Shown here: positions 36,731-49,186 of the stretch, piece by piece
How positions within the stretch are numbered: position 1 is the stretch's first letter
How the letters are laid out: the number at the start of each line of letters is the position of its first letter
From: Mobula hypostoma
Lineage: Eukaryota
DNA length: 64,000 nucleotides
NCBI RefSeq assembly: GCF_963921235.1
Contig: NC_086119.1
Coordinates: 48,422,001-48,486,000, forward strand
Direction of reading: 5' to 3'
Notes under the pieces: generated by a model
Told to the model about the DNA's origin: nothing
What the model saw: only the letters and a program-made list of their open reading frames with translations
Databases searched by the model: none
Made by a program: the position numbers and the translations under genes

Positions 36731-37489
36731 GAGAAGAACTTCCAGTGATACCTCAAGTGCTTAATGGGGTAAATTAGAGCAGCACGTTACATGTGGGGAG
36801 GTATAAGGTGGCATACAGGGTTAAATACAGGGAAGCTAGGGTAATATAATTGATGGAAATGGACATAATTCACAGCCACTGACATTGAGTTGGGGTTCAC
36901 TTTAAGAGGCTGGTCTGACATGATGACGTAAATGCGTGAAGTACTTTTGCCATGCTTTGTGTTCAGTGTTTGGATTATAATAAGTGAGTTGTTACAGTTT
37001 TTCTTAAACATAAAACATAACTGCCATTTTTATTTACACAAACCTGCAATCAGAAGAAGACTACAATAGGAAAGTTTAGCAGAAAGGGTAATGCAGACAT
37101 ATGGAAATTCTGGCTCATTATCCCGATTGCCTGTTGGAATGCAAATGCAGTCAAGAAGTATGTAACTTTAACCTCTTGCAATATTACATACAGAGGTAGA
37201 AGTGCATGAAGCTGTAACAATGTTGAGCCCTCTGATGGGTTCTGGAGGCCTCAGTTGTTAACAACTTCTGTAAGTGATTTGGAAGAGTTGAAGATATGGT
37301 TGATACGATGACACAGATGATTGGAAAGTAAGTTATGGAGAGGAATCAGAATTAAAATCAGTATCCGGTTTAATATCTACATCATACGCCTTGAAATTTG
37401 TTAACTTTCCAGCAGCTGTACAATGCAATATACAATAGAAAAACACAAATTACAGTGTATATATACATAGTAGTTAAATATACATAGTA

Positions 37490-37980
37490 GTTAGTCCACC
37501 TTTGGTCCCCACCTGGCACTCAGCTCTCACCTGTGGCTCCCCGTAGCTGTTTGCATGCGACAGCGGCCACACCTCAGGCAACGGCTTCGACAAGCCGGCT
37601 AAACCAGGTGAGGGTAGCCGACGGGTCTCAAACCCTTGGTGAGATAGGGAGTTGTCTATCCCAGCATGTGAAGACAGATTCCGGCGGATTAAACAGACGA
37701 GACTTATGGAAGGTCCAACGGTCAAGAAGGCGGTCTCTGCAAACGTTGTGGAACGTGTAGAGCAGGACAAGACACAGAAGACGTCCTGGTCATCCACTGC
37801 GCCTAGTCCCATTTCCAGCCATCTAGACTCTATCTTGCCACTGGATCAGATGGGAATTGGGAGGAGAGAGTGAGGCTGACGCTGTGTAACTCTCCCTCAC
37901 TTAAATCCAAATCACGCACTAGTCTCGACACCATCATAATGGTGTCGAGGTCCTCATTGACGTCAACGATGGACGAACAA
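37490..37980 (+). mobile_element. 5'-truncated second copy of the ribozyme-headed RTE-derived element, inside a Rex1-like fragment
   Basis: Collinear reverse complement of ~3925-4425; retains P2, P3, P4 and J4/2 but lacks the P1 5' strand. Confidence 0.85.
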
Positions 37981-38384
37981 CCAAATATGTAAGTAGTGCA
38001 AAAATGGAAAAAAAAACTAGTGAGGTAGTGTTCATGGGTTCAATATTCATTCAGGAATTGGATGGCAGAGGAGAAGCTGTTCCTGAATCATTAAGTGTGT
38101 AACTTCATGCTCTGTACCTCCTTCCTTAGGGTAAAAATCAGAGCTAGGCGTGTCCTGGGTGATGGGAGGTCCTTAATGATGGACACCACCTTCTCGAGGC
38201 ATCACTCCTTGAAGATGTCCTGGAGGCTAGTGCCCATGATGGAGCTGATTAAGTTTACAACTCTTTACAATTTCAATCATGTGCAGTAGCACCCCCCGCC
38301 ACCTCCAACCCCAACCCCCATACCAGACAGTCATGTAGCCAGTTAGGATGCTCTCCACAGTAGAACTGTAGAAATTTAACATAA

Positions 38385-38990
38385 GGAAGCTACAAAGGGT
38401 TATTATTTATTGCTAGGGGAATTGAAGACAGGAGTATGGAGGTTATGGTTCAGTTAAACAGGGTAATAGTGATACTACATATTGTGCAATGTTTATAATG
38501 TTTACTTTATTATGGAAGGATGTTGAAGTGTTAGAAACAGTTCAGACAAGTTTACCGCTCCACCACATGAAATGGCGGCTTGAGTTATGAGGAAGGGTTG
38601 TACAGGCTAGGCTTGCTTCCACTGGAGTTCAGAAGAGTGAAAGGGGACTTGATTGAAACATGCATGATTCCCGAGGACGGACATGGAGAGGATGTTTCTT
38701 CTTGCAAGGGGATTTTGAACTAGAACTACTGCTTTAAAATTGGGTCACCTATTTAAGACCGAGACGAAGCAATTCTTTCTCTGGGGAACAGTGAGTCTTT
38801 CGCACTTCCTCAAAGAGCAGTTGAAGCGGTCTTTGAATAATTTTAAGGCAGAGGTAGATCTTGATCAGCAAGGGGTGACATGTTACTGTGGGTAGAAGCG
38901 AATGGAGAGTTGAAGTTACAATCGTATCCGGATTAAATGACAGAGCAGGTTTAAGGTTCAAGCTGGCCCAAGACCGTTCCTAATTCATAC
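38385..38990 (+). mobile_element. Old degenerate CR1 3' fragment
   Basis: AGTTATGAGGAAGGGTTG...CTGGAGTTCAGAAGAGTGAAAGGGGACTTGATTGAAAC resembles the younger CR1 copies. Confidence 0.65.
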
Positions 38991-39744
38991 GTTCATATTT
39001 TCAGAGGGTGTCCAATTATTTTCCTCTCCCTAGAGAGTTGTGTTGGCATTATGGAGCAAAAACAGTGCTAACCTTTACTTGCAAGATGTCAGAATTTCTC
39101 ATTCCACTAATGGTTATCAGCTATGCTCTCATTTGTATTGTGTTGCCAGCTATCCCCGTCAGATTCTCAGGTCAGGAGGCAGCAGTCACCAGCTAGTCAT
39201 TCCGAGGGACAGACTGGCTCAGCACTGCTCATCACTGCTATCTGCAGTCCAGCCGATAGGAAGTCAAGTTCAGAGAGGTGGAGGGGAGTTGGGGAAATGG
39301 TAGTAAATGGATACATATAGTCGAACTAAAGGAAAAAAATAAGAATAATCGGATAATATTGTTTATTGCATTGGTTTAATTTTTTTGTTTTAAAATCTTT
39401 CCAACAATAGGGACTCCAATGAAATGTGCAGATGGAGGAAATGGTGTGGTTTCTGGAAGTTTGAGTATGATGTTCCAAAGTTTACGTATGGTATCCTTTG
39501 ATGTTTTTGAAATACTGACAGAGGGGCTCAGTTGAATAGGGAGTGGGAGTTTGTTCTACATGAAGAAAGGAGGGTCATTGAGGGAGAGTTTGAGACAAAT
39601 TCTGCTCATTCTTTGAGGGTTAAAGAAATAGACTGCACAACTTGAGTTGGAGAGAGTGGTAGAGACTGCTCAACGTGGAATGTGCGTGCATGTGAAAGGG
39701 ACTAGTCGAGGTTGAGAGGTAGAAAAAGACTGCCACTGTCAGAG

Positions 39745-40440
39745 ATGGGGAAGAGAGAGAGTGAGGGGATAGAGGGGGAGTGAGGGGATAGAGGGGGAGA
39801 GGGGCAGAGAGAGAGGAGAGAGAGAGGGGGAGGGAGAGAGGGAGAGGGGAGAGGTGGGAGGGAGAGGGGAGATGGGAGAGAGGGGAGAGAGGGGAGAGGG
39901 GGAGAGAGGGGAGAGATAGGAGAGAGAGAGAGGGAGGGGAGGAGGGAGAGAGAGAGGGAGGAGGGAGAGAGAGAGGGAGAGGAGGAGGGAGAGAGAGGGA
40001 GGAGGGAGAGACAGAGAGAGGAGAAGAGGGAGAGAGAGAGGGAGGGGAGGAGGGAGAGAGAGAGGGGGAGGAGGGAAAGGGAGAAAGGGGAGGAGGGAGA
40101 GAGAGGGGGAGGAGGGAGGGAGGGTAGGAGGGAGGGAGAGAGGGAGGGGAGGAGGGAGAGAGAGAGGGGAAGAGGGAGAGAGAAAGAAGGAGGGGAGGAG
40201 CGAGAGAGAGAGAGGGGAGGAGGGAGAGAGAGAGGGTGAGAGGAGGGAGAGAGAAGGAGGGGAGGAGGGAGAGGGAGGGGAGGAGGGAGAGGAAGAGAGA
40301 GGAGGGAGAGAGAGAGGGAGAGGAGGAGAGAGAGAGAGGATAGAGTGAGAGAGGGAGAGGACGGAGAGGGGGAGCAAGGAGGGAGAGGGAGAGGGAGGAG
40401 GGAGAGGGGGAGGGAGGAGGGAGAGGGAAAGGGAAAAAAG
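39745..40440. repeat. ~700-bp homopurine (GA/GGA) low-complexity tract
   Basis: Almost exclusively G and A on the plus strand; produces the spurious S/L/P-rich ORFs. Confidence 0.97.
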
Positions 40441-40449
40441 TCTCTGGCC

Positions 40450-41900
40450 AGTCAAAGGACAACTCTTCATTTTGCACGTGCACATTAATTCAGAGTTTCC
40501 TCAGCTGCCATTTGTTCTATTGGTTGGGAGAGCTTCTTTGCTGATTTTGTTCTGAAGCCTTTGCACTGTATGAGCAGAAATGTCAACAAATTGCTATCAC
40601 TACCCTGCATTTTTGAAGCCAGATACTGCAGTGGATGTCCAATGTCTGGTTGTCCTCATTATCATAGTTATTATTGATTGTACTGCTGATACTCAAGGTG
40701 CTTGCTTGCTTGAACTTTGTTGACGTAGTATTTACTGTGGTTAACTCCGATTTCCCAAGGTTGCAGAATAACACAGTGACGTACATCACTGATCTCTCTG
40801 AGAAAAGATTTCTCTGAACTGGTCACGTTGAAAGAAATGCATCTTCAGTGTTTGTCATAAAGATGTTGAAGGTCAGAGACTCAAAATAGTAGTTCTCTAT
40901 TGGGAGGGGTAGCATTCCTCTATAAAGATTTATAATGTACTCATTTAATTGGTACACCTAATTTCTCAAGGCATGCTGCAAAATCCTTGTGAACGTTGGT
41001 GCACATGATGGAACTATCTGCGGTTTCCTTCCTCGATAACAAACCATGGGAAGTGATTGGTTATTTCGGAAGAGAATCCATTCGAAGGTAACAGGATGAA
41101 ATTAAATCCCTGTTGCTTTGTTAATGCTGCACGTGCAGGTAACAGGTGCCCTGTCCTTCAGTGGTCGCTGGCCAATGATAGCAGCCAGCTCTGCGCAGAC
41201 TTGTTTCATGTTTTGGTGTAAACAGTGCCTCCGGTTGTGGGTGAGCTTTTCCACAGAGGAGGTGTAGGGGTTGAAGTCAATCAGAAACCTCTATAGAACT
41301 TGGTGGTGGAATGGGTGATGTCAGGCCATGGAGTCAGATCTTCAGGGAATCTCCATTCAGGCTGATTGGCTTTGACAGTGTTCAGAGGAAGTATCTCCAC
41401 ATTTCTCTCCATCTCGCCGCTGCAGAAGGACTTCACTTAAAGTCTGAGCTCTCCTGATACTGAGGTTGTTTAGCAGGCAACATTTGGGAGGATGATTTCC
41501 TAAACACATTTGGGGAATGAGGTTGGCAGATATGATCCTTTCTTTCAATCTTCAGTCAGGATCTTCCAATACCTTAATCTTGCCCTGATGCTTGCCCTTC
41601 CAACATCAAAGTTCAAAGTATAAATCCTGTGAGCACTTTGCTAAACTACAGATAAAACGCAAAACTACAGTACCCAATAATATCAGCCCAATAGTCACTA
41701 CCCAGTGTGTACTGCGGTAGTCCATCAGCCTGCTAGCACCCGAAAAAGCCACCAGCTTCCCACCAGAGTGTAGTAGCTATGGAACTAGTCTCCCACTTTC
41801 TTAATTTTATTCGTCGAATGTCAGATATGATCAGCCTGGTGAGTGATGTTCTCCGACTCATCAGGAACGTAGGTGCAGCATTCTTGACCGGCAATAGCAG
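40450..41900 (-). pseudogene. Degraded orphan coding sequence; candidate endogenous viral element with tentative orthomyxovirus PB2 resemblance
   Basis: Frame 41290-40583 has only 3 internal stops in 236 codons; FTRILQHALRN*VYQLNEYIINLYRGMLPLPIENYYFESLTFNI resembles the PB2 627-domain by eye only. Confidence 0.35.
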
Positions 41901-41929
41901 AAGCGCCACCTTCCCCTGATTCTGATTCT

Positions 41930-42680
41930 GAGCAGATAGTCTTTATATACCTAAAAAGTTTTTAGTATCTTCTTTGATATTAGTCACCAGCTCCTCTCAC
42001 AATTCATCTTTTCCTTCCGAATGACCTTCTTAGTTTCCTTCTGAAAGTTGTAAAAGCTCCCCAATCCTCTACCTTTCCATTAGCTCTAGCCTCCTTGTAA
42101 GCCCTCTCTTTTGCTTTTACTTTGGCTCTGACATCACTTGTCAGCCACGGTAGTGTCCTTCTTCTTATTTGGAATATATCTGTCTTGCACCTCCTTCATT
42201 TTTTGCAGAAACTCCAGCCATTGCTGCTCTGCTGTCCTTCCTGGAAACATCCCTTTCCAGTCAACTTCGGACAATTCCCCCATAATGCCATTGTAATTTC
42301 CTTTATTCCACTGAAATACCGACACATTAGATTTTATTTTTTCCCTCTCAAATTTCAATGTGAACTTGATCATATTGTGACCACTGTTCTCTAAGGGTTC
42401 CTTAACCTTAAGCTCTCATCATGTCCAGATCATTGCACAACACCCAATCCAGCACAGCCAATCCCTAGTGGGCTCAACAACAAGCTGTTCTAAAAAGCCA
42501 TCCCTTAGACATTGTACATCTCTTGAGGTCCAGTACTGGCCTGGTTTTCCCAATCCACTTTCATGTTAAAATCCCCAATGATTATCATGACATTGCCTTT
42601 CTGAAATGCCTTTTTGATCTCCTGCTGTAATTTGTAATCCACATCTCGGCTGCTGTTTGCAGGCCTGTATACAACTGCCT
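41930..42680 (-). mobile_element. CR1 ORF2 endonuclease-region fragment
   Basis: VVYRPANSSRDV...IIIGDFNMKVDW; IKFTLKFEREK...KGNYNGIMGELSEVDW. Confidence 0.85.
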
Positions 42681-42793
42681 TGTGGAAAGTCTTCCTCCAA
42701 AGTCCCCAAGGGAACATTATACCCTTTCAACACTTGCCACAGGCCCACTTAGTCATTCTAAGAGTACTTTTGGCAACAATTTTCAGATGTAGG

Positions 42794-43022
42794 CTGGCTG
42801 GTGGCGCAGTGACATCAGCGCTGGACTCCAGAGCGAAGCTTCCCAAGTTCGAACCCAGTCGGGCCGCTCCCGGGCATGCCTTCCATCTGTGCTGGGTTGA
42901 GTGTCGAGCTCGCAACTCAGCCTCGTTTAAAAAAAGTCTGCGCTGTGAGAAGGATGTGGGGGACCACTCACAGAATCTTTCCTCCAAGACAACAACTTGA
43001 AAAAGTGGCACACAAAAAAAAA
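42794..43022 (+). mobile_element. tRNA-derived SINE with Pol III internal promoter
   Basis: A box TGGCGCAGTGA at 42802-42812, B box GTTCGAACCC at 42847-42856, A-tail, 12-bp TSD with 1 mismatch (TTCAGATGTAGG / TTCAGATATAGG). Confidence 0.85.
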
Positions 43023-43049
43023 TTCAGATATAGGGATTTTAGACTATAA

Positions 43050-43880
43050 GAAGGCGGAGCTTAGGAGGGTTAATGGTGCCTAACGGTGACTACTTTGCTT
43101 GCATCTTCGGAAACAGCTCTATTTCCATCTTTAATATCTCTATTTTTCCCTTTCAGGGTTCTTTTGAAGACCCTAACCTGGAGTTACATGCTGACTATGG
43201 TTCCTTGCAGGATTGGGACCCACTCTCGGGATTTCACAATTGGCTGTTGCTCGGCACGTCAAGGGCTTGGCCTAAGAGCTCCGCTCGCCTTCAGAGGCCC
43301 TGGATCTCGTAGCTTTGGAGACTGAGGGATTGGAGGTTGGTGCCTCTGCAGGAGATTGGTGTTTCATTGGAGACGGAGGATCTCTGGCCGTGTGGCCAGA
43401 GACCCGAGATCTTTGGGCACATAGCTCAGAAAAAGCGATGCAATGGACTTTTAACATCATAAACCAGTGAGCTGTTTGTAATGTCTCCCCTCTTGCTGTG
43501 AAACGGAGACATCTCTTTCTCCCTTATTAAGGAGAAAGAGAGCCTGTGGTATGTGGTATGTAGTATACTAGGTGAACATTCTAGTCTTTGGAGTACTGCA
43601 AATCTGTGTATTTGCTGTTGCCTTGCTCACGCTTGAGTGCTCGGTGGTGGGTGCTGATGCCTTTTTGCCGGTGGGGGGTGGGGGGATTGTTGCTTGCTGT
43701 CGCTTACGTGCAGGAGAGAGGGGAGCTGGTGGGGGGCACTTTGGGGTTCTAACATTTAACTGTCATTCATTCTTTGGAGGCATTCCTCTGTTTTCGTGGA
43801 TGGTTGCGAAGAAAAAGAATTTTAGGATGTATATTGTATACACTTCTCTGACATTAAATTTACCTTTGAAAACTTTGAAC
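43050..43880 (+). mobile_element. Unclassified non-autonomous retroelement, related to 30900-31640
   Basis: Shared 3' half and (TTTGAA)-like tail; boundaries approximate. Confidence 0.55.
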
Positions 43881-44650
43881 CTTTGTAGCCCACTGTACCC
43901 AAAAGTATCAATCATGCCAATTATTGGGCTAATAGCTCATCTTGTTCTGATATTCTTTGAAATTGTCGGGATCTGAGCTAGAAAAAAAACATCATTCAGA
44001 GTTATATTTGAACACCTACTGGAAAACAAAGATGCTAGATTGGCTCTTGCTGGCAAGCCTGTGGTGCTTTAACCCAGTTTTTAATATTTACTGACTGATT
44101 CAAGAAAAAATGACAAACTTCAATATAAAAGAAAGTTTCAAGTGTTATAAATTCTTTAACTGATTATTGTAAAGACTCTATCCCATTTTCTTGTGCACTG
44201 AGAGTTCCCTATTGTTAATTTTGGTGGTGTTTAATTGGCTTATACTAATCTGTCACAAATCAAACATAAAAGCTTTAACTCAAGATCCAGTGCTAACGCC
44301 AGCTGATGACAAGAATGTTAATTTCTTCTGTCTCTATGCAGATCAGCATTGAGGTCTTCAGAATATTGACCAGATCTGTAGTGTTCAGTGTTCAGAGTCT
44401 CAGCAACTCTATTTTTTTTAGCCATTAGTCAATGATTGGTTCATTGACAACTGAACCAGAATAATTTCAGACCCTGCTAGTTTTTAACTATCCATTGTAA
44501 ACTACCAAAATGTATTTTTGGATGTGCCTGGATCCTGTTCCAAATTTCTATTAGTGATTTAGAGTTTGGAACAAAAACACTATTTCTAACAACAGGATAA
44601 AAAGTTAGGGGCAGTGGGAGCAGAGTGTCAATACTGAGAGGTGCAGCAAT

Positions 44651-44946
44651 CATTGCACCCTCTAAGCCAGGGGTTCCCAACCTTTCTTATGCCATGGACC
44701 AATACCATTAACCAAAGGGTCTGTGGACCCTATGCTGGGAACCCCTGCTCTAAGCTACATGGGTGCACAACCACACAGTAACTGAAACGCCCCTGCTCAC
44801 ATAGTCTTCATTGCCGCCGAGCTGGGTTTTTCTTTTATATAACGTTAATATAAAGTGCCGCACAGTTTTCAGGCCATGTAAAAATTTCTGGCTCAAAACT
44901 ATGGTTGGTCCATGCAGCTGTAAAAAAAAACTTAGAGGGAACTTTG
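44651..44946. mobile_element. hAT-like MITE host carrying a nested MITE in its left terminus
   Basis: Inverted termini ...CCCTCTAAG / CTTAGAGGGAACTTTG; imperfect 8-bp flanks GCAGCAAT / ACTGCAAT. Confidence 0.55.
44668..44747. mobile_element. 80-bp hAT MITE, same family as 27302-27375
   Basis: CAGGGGTTCCCA...TGGGAACCCCTG TIRs; perfect TSD CTCTAAGC at 44660-44667 and 44748-44755. Confidence 0.92.
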
Positions 44947-45019
44947 ACTGCAATTTACAGGAGAACATTAACAAATGTAAGACAGACAAGTAATTGGAAA
45001 ATGAACTGCAGCAGACCTA

Positions 45020-45168
45020 CCCCCCCCCCACCTTTTTTATTCTGGCATCTTCCTCCCTTTCTTTCCAGTCCTGAAGAAGGGTCTTGGCCCAGAATGTCAA
45101 CCGATTATTCATTTCTGTAGATGCTGCCTGACCTGCTGAGTTCCTCCAGCGTTTTATGTGTGTTGCAG
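45020..45168 (+). repeat. Older Penelope terminal module with degenerate hammerhead
   Basis: AGTC-CTGAAGA-AGGGTCTTGGCCC-AGAATGTC then TAGATGCTGCCTGACCTGCTGAG; the GAAA core is altered. Confidence 0.7.
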
Positions 45169-45526
45169 AGATTGGCAGGTTTGAGTCCCATGTGGCTCAG
45201 GATCAAAAGGGTCTTAGAGTACAAATACAAATAACAGTTGCAACAGAGTTACCAAACCATAAAACAGAGAAACCAAGAACTAAAGTTTATCTCTAGGAGG
45301 ATAGAATTGAAAAATATAGAAGATATGCTAAATCCACATTTAATCTTCGTTGACCCAGACAGAGTATTCCTTATAATTATCACCTACATATGCTGCAAAG
45401 ATTCATATTGATAAAATGAGAAATTTGATGGTATACAGATCAGGAGAGGCTGCAGCTCTCTCATTGAGAAAAGACTGAGCACCCTTTAATGTAACGTAAA
45501 GATTTGATAAAGTGGATGCAGAAAGA

Positions 45527-47070
45527 GAACATGCCTTGTGAGAATAGGTTGAGTGAACTTGGCCTTTTCTCCTTGGAGCGACGGAGGATGAGAGGTAACC
45601 TGATAAAGGTGTATAAGATGATGAGAGGTATTCATCGTGTGGATAGTCAGAGACTTTTTTCCCCAGGGCTGAAATGGCTAGCACAAGGGGGCAGAGTTTT
45701 AAGGTACTTAGAAGTAGGTATAAGGGGGATGTCAGAGGTTAGATTTCTCACACAGAGAGTGGGGGGTGCGTGGAATGCACTGCCAGCAAAGTTGGTAGAG
45801 GTGGCTAGAATAGTCTTTTAAAAGGCTCTCAGAAGGAGTTTAGAAAAATAGAGGGCTATGAGGTAGGGAAATTCTAGGCAGCTTCTAGAATAGGTTGCAT
45901 GGTTGGCATAACAGTGTGAGGTGAAGGGCCTGTGATGTGCCGTAGATTTCTTTGTTTCTAGTAAGGAAGTTTCCATTTTCAGAGAAAGAGCATAACTAGA
46001 GACTATCAATTGTCTAGAGTCCTCTTGGAAGACTGGTCCCAAAGGTGGTAAAAATGTAGAAATGAGAGCCTACCAAATAATAATTGGAAACAAGGAGATG
46101 GCAAATGAATTAAACAGGTACTTTGCGTCAGATTTCATCATCAGAGACACAAGCAACTGTAATGTTTGAAACTTGGGAAATAAAAATGAAGCAGGACTGA
46201 AGAAATTGACAATCACCAAGGAAGTAGTACTAGACAAATTGTAGGGTCTTGTGTCAAAGTGGCTGGTGAGATAGTTGAAACATTGATTATAATCAAAAGC
46301 TCACTATGTTTCCAGAAAGTTCCATTAGGCTAGAAAATAACAATGGTAACTCCTTTATTTAAAAAGGCAGAAGGACAAAGAGCAGGAAACTACTGGCTAG
46401 TTAGCTTTGTAAGTGATACATGGAAAATGTTCAAAAGTATTAGGAAAAGTTTCTGCAGAAGTTTAGGGCAATCAGATGAAGTCAATATAGTTTGAGAAAG
46501 TTTGACCAACTTATTGGAAATTTAGGAAGAAGTAGCGATGGTTGTGGATAAAGGGGAACCAGTAGTTGTACTATATTTTGAATTCTAGTACTGTCAAGAA
46601 TTAAAGGTTGAGGTATAGGAAGTAATACATTGGCATGGTAGAAACAACTATTTGGCAAAGATCTAATGAGTTTATTGCTTCAGAGATTAGTGCTGGAGAC
46701 AATTTTTACAATTCATCTGAAAGATAGGAATGAAGGAACTTAAGATATATTGATTAAATTGATGATGATAATGATGAAAAATTGGCAGAAAATAATTTGT
46801 GAAGAAGATTTAAGGAGGCTGCAAAGGGAAAAGGTTCAAATGGATCTGGCAAATGGAGTATAATTTGGGAAAAATGTCCAATTTAGCAAGAAATATATGA
46901 AAAAAGGTGTATTATCAAAATGGTGGGAGACAGCAGCTCTCTGAGATGCAGGGGGATCTAGTTATCCTCATAAATAATTTGCAAAAGCCTACAATGCTAG
47001 TAAAACAAATTATTAGGTAAGTGTTATCTTTTATTGCTAGGTAAATTCAACACAGAAATAAGGAGATTCA
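45527..47070 (+). mobile_element. CR1 fragments (younger 3' end 45527-45960; older RT region 46030-47070)
   Basis: ENRLSELGLFSLERRRMRGNLIKVYK; degenerate RT-like DNA downstream. Confidence 0.75.
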
Positions 47071-47811
47071 GATACCTAGACTTTGGAAAACAGAAAGAGA
47101 CCATTGAGCCCCAGATCACAAACTTTAAGATTCAAAGGATCTTGGCCCTCTATAGGGTAACTAATTGAGGTGCAAAACAGCTTTAGACTTCCACTGGCAC
47201 CAAATATGTGATTCTGTGCATTAATATTAGAGTGTGAACGAGCTTCTGAGTAAAGCAGATTCAGATACCCTGTGCCTTCTACTCAAATGTTATTTAGGGC
47301 ATGCTAAAGAGTGTTAAAGCCAACTATATGCTTTAGATGCATTCATGGTTATAATGTAGGAAATCTTGCACATGAACAACAGTGAGGATCTTCAGGCAGT
47401 AGCGTAAAGATTTTAAATCAACAGAGTATCTGAAATGGGCACAACTAAGACCTAAACTGGACATACTGATGGATTACTCAGTAACATGTGTATTCCTCAG
47501 AGCATTCAAGTTGCTTTATTCTTGGGGAGCCCAGATGCCCATGAAGAAGTGGTGATAGTTTGCCTTCTTGAAATGTTGCAGTACATTTGGTTAAGGTACT
47601 CCCACTGTTTTATTAGGTAGGAAATTAAGGATGATAGTGATATAATCCTAAATCAGACTTGAAGACATTCATGTTTCTGTAGGCCTAATCATTCGATGCC
47701 CTAGACGTTGTAGTCTAGGAAAAGCAGTTCTTTTAAATTATAAGTGGTTATATTTAAAACACATCTCATTGCCTGAAAAGCATATCAGGATGACCACCAG
47801 TAATGAAAGTA

Positions 47812-49138
47812 ACATAGAAACATAGAAAACCTACAGCACAACACAGGCCCTTCAGCCCACAATGCTGTGCTGGACATGTACTTATTTTAGAAATTACATA
47901 GGGTTACCCATAGCCCTCTATTCTTCTAAGCTCCAAGTACCTATCTAGGAGTCTGTTAAAAAACCCTATCGTATCTGCCTCCACCACCGTTGCCAGCAGC
48001 CCATTCCATGCACTCACCACTCTCTACATAAAAGCTTACCCCGACATCTACTCTGTACCTGGTTCGAAGCACCTTAAAACTGTATCCTCTTGAGTTAGCA
48101 ATTTCAGCCCTGGGAAAAAGCCTCTGACTATCCACACGATCAATTCCTCTCATTATCTTGTACACCTCTATCAGGTCACCTCTCATCCTCCGTCGCTCCA
48201 AGGAGAAAAGGACAAGTTCACTCAACCTATTCTCATAAGGCATGCTCCCCAATCCATGCAACATCCTTGTAAATCTCCTCTGCACCCTTTCTATGGTTTC
48301 CACATCCTTCCTGTAGTGAGGCGACCAGAATTGAGCACGGTACTCCAAGTGGGGTCTGACCAGGGTCCTATATAGCTGCAACATTACCTCTCGGCTCTTA
48401 AACTCAATCCCACAGTTGATGAAGGCCAATGCTCTGTATGCCTTCTTAACCACAGAGTCAACCTGCGTAGCAACTTTGAGTGTCCTATGGACTCGGACCC
48501 CAAGATCCCTCTGATCCTCCACACTGCCAAGAGTCTTACCATTAATACTATGTTCTGCCATCATATTTGACCTACTAAATTGAACCACCTCACACTTATC
48601 TGGGTTGAACTCCATCTGCCACTTCTCAGCCCAGTTTTGCATCCTATTGGTGTCCCGCTGTAACCTCTGACAGCCCTCCACACTAACCACAACACCGCCA
48701 ACCTTCGTGTCATCAGCAAATTTCCTAACCCATCCCTCCTCTTCCTCATCCAGGTCATTTATAAAAATCACTAAGAGGAGGGGTCCCAGACCAAATCCCT
48801 GAGGCTCACTACTGGTCACCGACCTCCATACAGAATATGACCTGTCTACAACCACTCGTTGCCTTCTGTGAGCAAGCCAATTTTGGATCCATAAAGCAAG
48901 GTCTCCTTGGATCCTATGTTTCTTTACTTTCTCAGTAAGCCTTGCATGGGGTACCTTATCAAGTGCCTTCCTGAAATCCATATACACTGCATCTACTGCT
49001 CCACCTTCATCAATGTGTTTAGTCACATCCCAAAAAATTCAATCAGGCTCATAAGGCACGACCTGCCTTTGATAAAGCCATGCTGACTATTCCTAATCAT
49101 ATTATGCCTCTCCAAATGTTCATACATCCTGCCTCTCC
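47812..49138 (-). mobile_element. Young 5'-truncated CR1 LINE with a 356-aa open RT fragment (47956-49026)
   Basis: [54 protein letters not shown]; (AACATAGA) tail repeats. Confidence 0.95.
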
Positions 49139-49186
49139 AGTGTAAGTACAAAACTTTATTTTTTATTTCTTTTTAATCAGTATCTG

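Noticed and set aside
39620-40485. 287-aa and 248-aa S/L/P-rich ORFs
   Set aside because: Translations of the CT-rich strand of the homopurine tract, which cannot contain stops.
41805-41890. Hammerhead-like CUGAUGA-GUCGGA...UUCGAC-GAA on the minus strand
   Set aside because: GAA is followed by U rather than A, there is no NUH in register with the putative stem I, and stem III does not form; probably coincidental.
42794-42870. tRNA gene
   Set aside because: A and B boxes are present, but it runs into a body, A-tail and TSD, so it is a SINE head.
47956-49026. Active reverse transcriptase gene
   Set aside because: 5'-truncated CR1 lacking ORF1, endonuclease and RT N-terminus, with altered motifs (EPQGFGLGP) and a 3' frameshift.
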